17,323 nt of DNA, from assembly GCA_964507075.1 (NCBI GenBank), contig CAZDOL010000003.1:1-17323 (forward strand), given 5' to 3'. The notes under the pieces were generated by a model. It ran no database searches. It worked only from the letters and a program-made list of their open reading frames with translations, and had not been told where the DNA came from. The DNA is from an uncultured Gammaproteobacteria bacterium (GTDB lineage: Bacteria > Patescibacteriota > Patescibacteriia > UBA2591 > UBA6264). Within the stretch, counting starts at the first letter, position 1; each line of letters starts with the position of its first letter. The position numbers and the translations under genes are program-made. Shown piece after piece: positions 7,303-13,617 of this stretch.

Positions 7303-8625
7303 ATGTTTTATCCTCTTGTATTCTTCTCTATATTCTTTATTTGGTTAAGCTGGAATTATCAGAAATGGTCTTTATTTTTGATTTTAGCGCTTTTACCCGC
7401 TTATCAAATTCGTTTTCAAATCCTAGAAATTCCTTTGACATTTTTAGAGATTTTAATTTTGGTTTTATTTATTGTTTGGTTGATTAAGAAGATAAAATAC
7501 AGGCAATATCCTATTTTTGATTATAAAAAGCCGAGAATATGGTTTTGGTCAATTTTAGCATGGTTTTTAATATCAATAATAGCAGTATTTATATCCCCTG
7601 ATTTGCGTGCTGGGGCTGGCATTTGGAAGGCCTATTTCTTAGAGCCAATCTTATTCCTTATTGTGTTTTTGGATATAATAAGAAATAAAAAGGATTTAAG
7701 GTTAGCAGTTGGGACTTTAATTTGTTCGGGCTTGCTGGTTACTTTTTATGCTTTTTATCAAAAAATTACTGGTCAAGGGGTTTGGAGCACTGAAATTTGG
7801 GGACAACCGAAAATTTTAAGGGCAACTGGGCCCTTTCCTCATCCCAATTTTTTGGGTCTGTATCTTGGTCCTTTATTTATGCTGGGATTAGGGTATATAT
7901 TTTTAAATTTCAAAAAAAACATCCCATTTATTGTTAAAACCATATTTTTTGCAGTATTATTTTTAGGTTCTCTTGCTTTTGCTAAATCTGAAGGAGCAAT
8001 AATAGCTATCTTTGTTGCCTTGCTCTTTTGTGGTGTGCTTTATAAGCCAGTCAGAAAATGGGTTTTGGTTCTGATTTTAGTTCTTATTTTGCTATTGTTG
8101 TCTTTTTCCGTTTCACGTCATTATTTGACAGAGAAAATATTTTTTCAAGACCTTTCTGGTCGTTTGAGGGTTAATATTTGGAAAGGTGCTTCAGAAATAT
8201 TAAAAGAAAAATCCGTTTTAGGAGCAGGGTTAAATGGATATCGTGTTTTAGCTCCTCAATATCAAGAACGTTATTACGACCAAAGCACCCAAGAATTGAT
8301 TTCCGTTGAAACACATCCTTATCCACATAATTTGCTTTTAACAATTTGGCTGGAGCTTGGATTATTAGGTTTGGTTATTTTTTTCTTGATTCTGTTCCAA
8401 TTTTTTAAAAAAGGTTTTAAAAATTTTAAAAAAGAACCAATCTTAATTGGTTCAATTATGGGAGCAATGGCAGTTATTCTAATCCATGGATTGGTTGATA
8501 CCCCATATTTTAAAAATGATTTAGCAATTCTGTTTTGGGTAATTATAGGAGCAATGATAATTATTTCACGGAGAGGTACCGAAGTGGTCATAACGGCATC
8601 GCCTCGAAAGCGATTGGTCCCGTAA
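7303..8625 (+). CDS. O-antigen ligase/polymerase-like (Wzy_C domain) membrane protein
   Basis: Polytopic membrane protein containing the Wzy_C-type segment AKSEGAIIAIFVALLF ... THPYPHNLLLTIWLELGLLGLVIF. Starts 1 nt after the flippase stop. Its last 56 nt run into tRNA-Ser. Confidence 0.75.
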   Translation: MFYPLVFFSIFFIWLSWNYQKWSLFLILALLPAYQIRFQILEIPLTFLEILILVLFIVWLIKKIKYRQYPIFDYKKPRIWFWSILAWFLISIIAVFISPDLRAGAGIWKAYFLEPILFLIVFLDIIRNKKDLRLAVGTLICSGLLVTFYAFYQKITGQGVWSTEIWGQPKILRATGPFPHPNFLGLYLGPLFMLGLGYIFLNFKKNIPFIVKTIFFAVLFLGSLAFAKSEGAIIAIFVALLFCGVLYKPVRKWVLVLILVLILLLLSFSVSRHYLTEKIFFQDLSGRLRVNIWKGASEILKEKSVLGAGLNGYRVLAPQYQERYYDQSTQELISVETHPYPHNLLLTIWLELGLLGLVIFFLILFQFFKKGFKNFKKEPILIGSIMGAMAVILIHGLVDTPYFKNDLAILFWVIIGAMIIISRRGTEVVITASPRKRLVP

Positions 8626-8660
8626 GGGGCACGTGGGTTCGAATCCCTCCCTCTCCGCCA
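8570..8660 (+). tRNA. tRNA-Ser (anticodon CGA), long variable arm, CCA encoded
   Basis: GGAGAGG-TA-CCG..CGG..ATCGC-CTCGAAA-GCGAT-TGGTCCCGTAAGGGGCAC-GTGGG-TTCGAAT-CCCTC-CCTCTCC-G-CCA. Class II tRNA with CGA in the anticodon loop; the T-stem has one U-U mismatch. Confidence 0.88.
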
Positions 8661-8693
8661 CGCTCAGCGTGGCCATTGGGACGCTTAGCGTCC
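8657..8693 (+). other. tRNA-Ser 3' trailer with two triloop hairpins, the first containing the encoded CCA
   Basis: (G)CCACGC-TCA-GCGTGG(C) at 8657-8673, then CCATTG, then GGACGC-TTA-GCGTCC at 8679-8693. Confidence 0.75.
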
Positions 8694-8716
8694 GGCTAGT
8701 TAATTTTATTTATATT

Positions 8717-9160
8717 ATGAAAAATTGTTTTTTTTCGAAAACGAAAATACCGAAAAATTTACCCAAGGAAATGCAAAAAATAATCCATAAAATAAAGGAA
8801 TCATCAAATCAAAAGCAATGTTTAAGGAATGTCTATGAGATTATAACCGACAGATATCGTGGATATAGATTTGAGACATATACTAAATTATTTCAGATGT
8901 TTACGCTTGACGTTCAAAAGTTGTGGAACGGGACTAATTTTATCCACTGTAACAACGCTAACTATTTGATGAGAATATTATTGGTCAAAAGTGGTTTTTT
9001 TAATAATAATAACATTGAAAATAAATGGACATTAGTATGGTATATTTCACCTCATCAATATCTGCGAATAAAATTAAATAACCGTCAATATATCAACATA
9101 GACATTTGGGGCGCAGCTCATGGAATTAAATTTGGTGATTATGCCCACGGATTTCATTAA
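8717..9160 (+). CDS. Transglutaminase-like superfamily protein (putative Cys-His-Asp enzyme), copy 1
   Basis: 147 aa from the first ATG outside the tRNA. The motif layout fits a transglutaminase core: FIHCNNANYLMRILLVKSG (Cys), PHQYLRIKL (His), YINIDIW (Asp). The ORF-track GTG start at 8633 lies inside tRNA-Ser and is rejected. Confidence 0.6.
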   Translation: MKNCFFSKTKIPKNLPKEMQKIIHKIKESSNQKQCLRNVYEIITDRYRGYRFETYTKLFQMFTLDVQKLWNGTNFIHCNNANYLMRILLVKSGFFNNNNIENKWTLVWYISPHQYLRIKLNNRQYINIDIWGAAHGIKFGDYAHGFH

Positions 9161-9167
9161 TTATTTT

Positions 9168-9196
9168 TTGACAAATCAAAAAAAGTGTTTTAGATT
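9168..9196 (+). promoter_or_regulatory. Sigma70-type promoter inside repeat copy A, reading toward the 74-aa ORF
   Basis: TTGACA (9168-9173), 17-nt spacer, TAGATT (9191-9196). It is followed immediately by the inverted repeat CCGCTCT (9197-9203)-N16-AGAGCGG (9220-9226), which spans the expected transcription start. Confidence 0.55.
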
Positions 9197-9296
9197 CCGC
9201 TCTATCAAAGGATTACAAGAGAGCGGTTTAAGGGGACTGTCCCCATGAAAATAAAGGTCGCAAATTATATAAACATTAATTTTTTAACTTAATATT

Positions 9297-9521
9297 ATGA
9301 TTGTAGAAATTGTATTAAAGAATAAACCAAGTCTGGAACTTGAAGGATATGAAAAAATAGAGCTTCCCAATGGAGCTATCTTTGCAAACCCGGTAGAAAA
9401 AAGGGTAGAGATAGTAGTGAAACAACATCCAGATGGAAGGATAAGTGTATTTACAGACAAATCAGAAGTAATAAAATCTGTGGTTCAATCCGGAGAAGTA
9501 GTTGATATTCACGCAAAATAG
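9297..9521 (+). CDS. Hypothetical 74-aa protein, the unique cargo between the two repeat copies
   Basis: ATG-initiated ORF with balanced, beta-strand-like composition (IVEIVLKN..RVEIVVKQHPDGRISVF). I recognise no family. Confidence 0.45.
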   Translation: MIVEIVLKNKPSLELEGYEKIELPNGAIFANPVEKRVEIVVKQHPDGRISVFTDKSEVIKSVVQSGEVVDIHAK

Positions 9522-9599
9522 TTGGTATGCTCAAAGTTTCTGAATAGTGGGCTAACCTTTGGGACGCTTAACGTCCGGCTAGTTAATTTTATTTATATT

Positions 9600-10043
9600 A
9601 TGAAAAATTGTTTTTTTTCGAAAACGAAAATACCGAAAAATTTACCCAAGGAAATGCAAAAAATAATCCATAAAATAAAGGAATCATCAAATCAAAAGCA
9701 ATGTTTAAGGAATGTCTATGAGATTATAACCGACAGATATCGTGGATATAGATTTGAGACATATACTAAATTATTTCAGATGTTTACGCTTGACGTTCAA
9801 AAGTTGTGGAACGGGACTAATTTTATCCACTGTAACAACGCTAACTATTTGATGAGAATATTATTGGTCAAAAGTGGTTTTTTTAATAATAATAACATTG
9901 AAAATAAATGGACATTAGTATGGTATATTTCACCTCATCAATATCTGCGAATAAAATTAAATAACCGTCAATATATCAACATAGACATTTGGGGCGCAGC
10001 TCATGGAATTAAATTTGGTGATTATGCCCACGGATTTCATTAA
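9600..10043 (+). CDS. Transglutaminase-like superfamily protein, copy 2 (coding sequence identical to copy 1)
   Basis: Same 147-aa product as 8717..9160. The ORF-track TTG start at 9522 adds an unsupported N-terminal extension. Confidence 0.6.
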   Translation: MKNCFFSKTKIPKNLPKEMQKIIHKIKESSNQKQCLRNVYEIITDRYRGYRFETYTKLFQMFTLDVQKLWNGTNFIHCNNANYLMRILLVKSGFFNNNNIENKWTLVWYISPHQYLRIKLNNRQYINIDIWGAAHGIKFGDYAHGFH

Positions 10044-10050
10044 TTATTTT

Positions 10051-10079
10051 TTGACAAATCAAAAAAAGTGTTTTAGATT
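10051..10079 (+). promoter_or_regulatory. Duplicate of the TTGACA-N17-TAGATT promoter (copy B), reading toward the palindrome cluster and DUF523 gene
   Basis: TTGACA at 10051-10056 and TAGATT at 10074-10079, followed by the same CCGCTCT-N16-AGAGCGG inverted repeat. Confidence 0.55.
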
Positions 10080-10120
10080 CCGCTCTATCAAAGGATTACA
10101 AGAGAGCGGTTTAAGGGGAC

Positions 10121-10158
10121 AGTCCCCTTTGAAAAAGTTAGTCCCCTTTGAAAAAGTT
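10121..10158 (+). repeat. Exact 19-bp tandem duplication
   Basis: AGTCCCCTTTGAAAAAGTT occurs at 10121-10139 and again at 10140-10158. Confidence 0.9.
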
Positions 10159-10204
10159 ATAATTTTAAAATTTAAGGGGACTGTCCCCATGAGTTGTCCC
10201 CCTG

Positions 10205-10228
10205 AAGCTCGCGTTAGTAGCGGGTTTT
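10205..10228 (+). terminator. Candidate intrinsic terminator or attenuator
   Basis: AAGCTCGC (10205-10212) pairs with GCGGGTTT (10220-10227) using two G-U pairs, with loop GTTAGTA. The 3' arm runs into a T-tract. Confidence 0.4.
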
Positions 10229-10289
10229 AAGATAAAAAATCCGATTTGGCAAAAAATGGACCAAAATAGACAAAAATTTTAATTATATT

Positions 10290-10745
10290 ATGAAAATTGT
10301 AAGTGCCTGCTTGGCAGGAATTAATTGTAATTATAAAAACGAAGCAAAACCTTCTCAGAAAGTTATTGAATTAGTTAAGCAAGGCAAAGCAATTCCTGTC
10401 TGTCCAGAACAATTGGGCGGTTTAACTACTCCGCGAACTCCTGCTGAGCAGAAAGATAATAAAGTTTTTACCAAAGACGGAGAAGATGTTACCTTCCAAT
10501 TTGAAAAAGGCGCGAAAGAGGCCTTGAAAATTGCTAAACTTGCGAATTGTGATGAAGCAATTTTAAAATCTAAATCTCCTTCCTGCGGTTCAGGTAAGAT
10601 TTATGACGGTACTTTTTCTGGGAAATTAATTGACGGAGACGGTGTATTCGTTAAAATTCTGAAAAAGAATAATATTAAAGTATTAACTGAAGACGAAATT
10701 TTTGCATCGGTCAGGCCCAGAAAGGGCATAAACAGAGCAAATTAA
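10290..10745 (+). CDS. DUF523 family protein (TudS-like putative thiouracil desulfurase, Fe-S)
   Basis: Family signature segments: VSACLAGINCNYK, PVCPEQLGGLTTPRTPAE, KSKSPSCGSGKIYDGTF. Confidence 0.8.
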   Translation: MKIVSACLAGINCNYKNEAKPSQKVIELVKQGKAIPVCPEQLGGLTTPRTPAEQKDNKVFTKDGEDVTFQFEKGAKEALKIAKLANCDEAILKSKSPSCGSGKIYDGTFSGKLIDGDGVFVKILKKNNIKVLTEDEIFASVRPRKGINRAN

Positions 10746-10790
10746 AATGTGGTGACTGTCCCTAATTAAAAAATAGTAAATAATAAAAGT

Positions 10791-11147
10791 ATGGAAAAAG
10801 ATATACCAATTGAGGGCGTAAAGCCCGCAATAGAGTCCACGATTGAGGACGATAAAGAAGAAAAAGAATTAACCTTCAAAGAAATGGTTGACGCAAAAAT
10901 TAAAGAAAAGGTTGATGCTATTAATGAGTATATGCCAGAGGGTTTTAGATTAGCGGAAGATGAATTTAGGCAAAGATTTGGACGCGGAGGCAGGTTAAGC
11001 GGGTTGTTAAAGGGCGATGAAGGCGTTATGAACGAAGTAGCAATAGAGGCGTTAAAAGAATGTTTGGAAAGTGAAAACATAGAAGATAAAGACAGAGTTA
11101 CTGTAGAAGGGGTTATAGAAAAGTTATCTTCTCGTCCTCAATTTTAA
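10791..11147 (+). CDS. Hypothetical acidic 118-aa protein
   Basis: ATG ORF on the same strand as its neighbours, with E/K/D-rich composition. The overlapping minus-strand ORF (10766..11080) is S/L/F-rich, as expected for the antisense frame of such a gene. Confidence 0.5.
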   Translation: MEKDIPIEGVKPAIESTIEDDKEEKELTFKEMVDAKIKEKVDAINEYMPEGFRLAEDEFRQRFGRGGRLSGLLKGDEGVMNEVAIEALKECLESENIEDKDRVTVEGVIEKLSSRPQF

Positions 11148-11152
11148 ATTTT

Positions 11153-11908
11153 ATGCAGAGATTGAACCAAATAGCTGCTAAAGAGCAAGAGATAATTAAA
11201 GGTTTTTTTAATTGGTCATCTTTTGTAATTCCATGTTTGCCAGAATGGGTTAATGATGAAATTATCGAACATTGGTTAACACTTAATTTTGATTTGCATT
11301 ATCTTCCCAAGGTTTCCTTAGAACAGGATATGAATTTGTCGTTATGGAAAGATAAACCAGATGATGTTTTTTACGAAAAAATAAAAAAAGGCAAAATTGC
11401 AATGGATTCTAAAGATTTACAAGGAAAATGGGTCTTAATTGATGCTCGCGACAAGCCCAAAAAATTAAATCGCTGGATAAGCTCTAGCGATGTCTGGTTT
11501 TTAGAAAAAATGGGCTTTAATTTCAGGAAATGTTTGAAAAAGAAAAATAAACAATTATATCAAAATGAATATTTGACCAAAATTTTAAATGCCCAAGGAT
11601 TTGTCACTCGGTTTTGTTTGTCTATCAACGATATTAAAAAAATATTGCCATTTATTTTGAGTATTTTGAAAATTGACTCAAGCCACATTATTCGCTTGCC
11701 TCGTTTTATAGAATATAATTATTTGGGCAATGTTTTTTATCCCCAATGGGCTACTACCAAAACTTGGGAATGGTTTGAGGATAAATTTGAACAAAAACAG
11801 AACTTAGCTGGCGGATGGAAGTCAGTTGGCTCTTTGGGTTGGGACCCACCTACGTTTTGGAGCACGATTTTAAGTTTTCGGCCAGTTATTGAAATTTCAA
11901 CAAAATGA
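11153..11908 (+). CDS. Hypothetical 251-aa protein (Trp-rich C-terminus)
   Basis: Starts 5 nt after the previous stop. Its TGA stop overlaps the next start as ATGA. No family recognised. Confidence 0.6.
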   Translation: MQRLNQIAAKEQEIIKGFFNWSSFVIPCLPEWVNDEIIEHWLTLNFDLHYLPKVSLEQDMNLSLWKDKPDDVFYEKIKKGKIAMDSKDLQGKWVLIDARDKPKKLNRWISSSDVWFLEKMGFNFRKCLKKKNKQLYQNEYLTKILNAQGFVTRFCLSINDIKKILPFILSILKIDSSHIIRLPRFIEYNYLGNVFYPQWATTKTWEWFEDKFEQKQNLAGGWKSVGSLGWDPPTFWSTILSFRPVIEISTK

Positions 11909-12777
11909 ATAAAGAGATTAAGCAAATATGTCAAAAAATAGATTATCAAAAAATCATTAATAGAGATTTTTATCCATCATGGTTTTTTACGAACGAAAAG
12001 CTAAATGAATTCTTAAAAAAATTAGATAAATTAAAAAAAATTGAGCGAATTTTTGCTATTGCAGGTGGCAATGATTTTGTTTTTAATATTCTATCCTTAT
12101 TTGATGTTAATGAAGTTGATGTTTGCGATAAACGACCAATGTCCTGTTTAACTACAGATTACAAAATAGCTCTATTTAGAGAGTTTAATTATGAGGAATT
12201 ATTAAAAATATTTTCGGACTTTAAATCCCACAACAAAGAACAAATTCATCAGAGAATAAGGGGCAAAATAAATTTATTGACACAAAAAGTTTTTGATTAT
12301 ATTTTTTATAATTGTCAGCACAACAATTTTATAAAATGTTTACAAAAATCCCGCTTTTGGTATAAAGAAAGTTTTAATCAAGTCAAAAACAAAGAAGATT
12401 ATTTGTTTTATCTTATTTCTCGCGAGAAATATCAAATTTTGCCAACAAAATTAGATAAAATAAATATTTATTGCGGAGATTTTGTTAATAATTTAAAATT
12501 ATTTGACAAAGGACATTTTGACGCGATTTATCTTTCTAATATTTTAGATAGTAAGGATTATAATTCTGATAATCAATTATGTTTAGAAACCGTCAAGAGC
12601 AGGTTGAACAAGAATGGTTATTTGTTCATTGTCACACAAAATAAAAATAGGATTATAGCTGAATGCGTAAATGATTTTGGTTTTACGCTTTTAGCCCAAG
12701 AAATTCATAATTTTAATGTTTTGTCATTTTTGCTTGGCCATTATTCTTATTCTTTTTTATTATTCCAAAACAAATAA
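11905..12777 (+). CDS. Class I SAM-dependent methyltransferase-fold protein, DUF3419/BtaA-like
   Basis: Resembles the DUF3419 layout: a glycine-containing nucleotide-binding strand (RIFAIAGGNDFVFNILSL), VDVCDKRPMSCLTTDYKIALFREFNYEELLKIF (compare DlNpxQ..LeLK..L.yeeF..lF), then FDAIYLSNILD and LNKNGYLFIV. Assigned from memory of the family pattern only. Confidence 0.5.
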   Translation: MNKEIKQICQKIDYQKIINRDFYPSWFFTNEKLNEFLKKLDKLKKIERIFAIAGGNDFVFNILSLFDVNEVDVCDKRPMSCLTTDYKIALFREFNYEELLKIFSDFKSHNKEQIHQRIRGKINLLTQKVFDYIFYNCQHNNFIKCLQKSRFWYKESFNQVKNKEDYLFYLISREKYQILPTKLDKINIYCGDFVNNLKLFDKGHFDAIYLSNILDSKDYNSDNQLCLETVKSRLNKNGYLFIVTQNKNRIIAECVNDFGFTLLAQEIHNFNVLSFLLGHYSYSFLLFQNK

Positions 12778-12784
12778 AATTTGA

Positions 12785-12855
12785 GGGCCTATAGTACAGT
12801 GGTAGTACATCGCATTCGCATTGCGGAGACAGCAGTTCGATTCTGCTTAGGTCCA
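12785..12855 (+). tRNA. tRNA-Ala (anticodon CGC), no encoded CCA
   Basis: GGGCCTA-TA-GTAC-AGTGGTA-GTAC-A-TCGCA-TTCGCAT-TGCGG-AGAC-AGCAG-TTCGATT-CTGCT-TAGGTCC-A. The G3:U70 Ala identity pair is present, and the sequence after A73 is TCT. Confidence 0.9.
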
Positions 12856-12870
12856 TCTTGGCGTGGGGGT

Positions 12871-12898
12871 TTGACATTATTTTTGATAATGTTAAAAT
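12871..12898 (+). promoter_or_regulatory. Sigma70-type promoter upstream of clpP
   Basis: TTGACA (12871-12876), 16-nt spacer ending in TGT (extended -10 like), TAAAAT (12893-12898). The ATG lies 42 nt downstream. Confidence 0.6.
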
Positions 12899-12940
12899 AT
12901 AACTTATAAAGGTTAATAATAAATAAATATAAAATAATAT

Positions 12941-13519
12941 ATGCAATTTGTTCCTACAGTAATTGAAAAATCTACGCACGGAGAAAGGGCTTATGACATA
13001 TATTCTCGGCTTTTAAGAGAAAGAATTATTTTTTTGGGAGACACTATCACGGATAGCGTCGCTAATACAATTATTGCCCAATTTTTATTTCTTGAAAGCG
13101 AAGATAAAAGCAAAGATATTAAACTTTACATTAATACTCTAGGGGGCTCAGTAACAGCTGGATTAGCTATTTATGATACTATGCAGTATGTTGGTCCGGC
13201 GGTGAGCACAATTTGCGTTGGCATTGCCGCTTCTATGGGCGCGGTTCTATTGGCAGCTGGCGCTAAAGGAAAAAGATTTACTTTATCAAATTCAGAGATA
13301 ATGCTTCATCAAGTTATAGGCGGAGCAGAAGGACCAGCAGCTGATATTAAAATTAGAGCTGAGCATATTTTGCGAGTTAGAGATCGGATCAACAAAATTT
13401 TATCTAAACATACGAAACAGTCTCTAAGTAATATAGAAAAGGACACAGATCGCGATTTTTTTATGACCGCCAAAGAAGCAGAAAAATACGGATTAATTGA
13501 TAAAATTATCAAAAGGTAA
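12941..13519 (+). CDS. clpP: ATP-dependent Clp protease proteolytic subunit
   Basis: [26 protein letters not shown]. Catalytic Ser in GIAASMGA, His in IMLHQV, Asp in DTDRDFFM. Confidence 0.95.
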   Translation: MQFVPTVIEKSTHGERAYDIYSRLLRERIIFLGDTITDSVANTIIAQFLFLESEDKSKDIKLYINTLGGSVTAGLAIYDTMQYVGPAVSTICVGIAASMGAVLLAAGAKGKRFTLSNSEIMLHQVIGGAEGPAADIKIRAEHILRVRDRINKILSKHTKQSLSNIEKDTDRDFFMTAKEAEKYGLIDKIIKR

Positions 13520-13566
13520 ATCTATCCCAGAGTAAATTTAATATAATTGTTTAATGCTTTTTCTTG

Positions 13567-13594
13567 AAAGCCGAGCCTTTAATGCTCGGTTTTG
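13567..13594 (+). terminator. Rho-independent terminator after clpP
   Basis: AAAGCCGAGC-CTTTAAT-GCTCGGTTTT. The core 6-bp GC-rich stem is 13571-13576 with 13584-13589, followed by a T-run at 13590-13593. Confidence 0.75.
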
Positions 13595-13617
13595 TTAATT
13601 GTTTTACCAAATAAATT

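Larger units (their letters stand above)
8676..9244 (+). repeat. Copy A of a 569-bp direct repeat
   Basis: By hand alignment it matches 9559-10127 at an offset of 883 bp. Only two differences were found: 8688 g versus 9571 a, and 9238 t versus 10121 a. Confidence 0.9.
9559..10127 (+). repeat. Copy B of the 569-bp direct repeat
   Basis: See copy A. Its left edge begins with the hairpin-II-like sequence GGACGCTTAACGTCC and its right edge ends at GGGGAC-A-GTCCCC. Confidence 0.9.

Noticed and set aside
8633-8716. N-terminal extensions of the ORF-track proteins (GTG start at 8633, and TTG start at 9522 for copy 2)
   Set aside because: The first extension is encoded by tRNA-Ser and its trailer hairpins. 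The two extensions differ from each other, while the proteins are identical from the ATG at 8717/9600 onward.
8935-8950. DnaA-box-like TTATCCACT (and its duplicate at about 9818-9833), considered as a possible origin signal near the rpmH cluster
   Set aside because: These are single 8-of-9 matches inside coding sequence, duplicated only because the gene is duplicated. There is no clustered box array or AT-rich unwinding element next to rpmH.
8676-10127. Diversity-generating retroelement template/variable repeat pair
   Set aside because: The two copies differ at only two non-coding positions. There is no adenine-specific mutation pattern inside a coding C-terminus, and no reverse transcriptase gene is in the window.
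10003-10230. 75-aa plus-strand ORF across the palindrome cluster
   Set aside because: It starts inside the transglutaminase-like CDS in another frame and is built from the repeats and palindromes. Only its last 13 codons (from the ATG at 10189) are considered, and only as a possible leader mini-ORF.
8660-10290. Integron-like gene cassettes with attC sites, or an integrative element at the tRNA-Ser 3' end
   Set aside because: No integrase is present. The palindromes lack the GTTRRRY core and the bipartite attC architecture. No part of the tRNA-Ser gene body is duplicated as an att site; only the trailer hairpin is.
10766-11080. 104-aa minus-strand ORF opposite the 118-aa acidic protein
   Set aside because: Its S/L/F/P-rich low-complexity composition is typical of the antisense frame of an E/K-rich gene. 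The plus-strand ORF fits the operon orientation and spacing.
13120-13150. ClpP motif deviation (YINTLGG instead of the usual YINSPGG) as a sign of an inactive paralogue
   Set aside because: The Ser/His/Asp catalytic residues and the surrounding motifs are all present, so this is most simply lineage variation.
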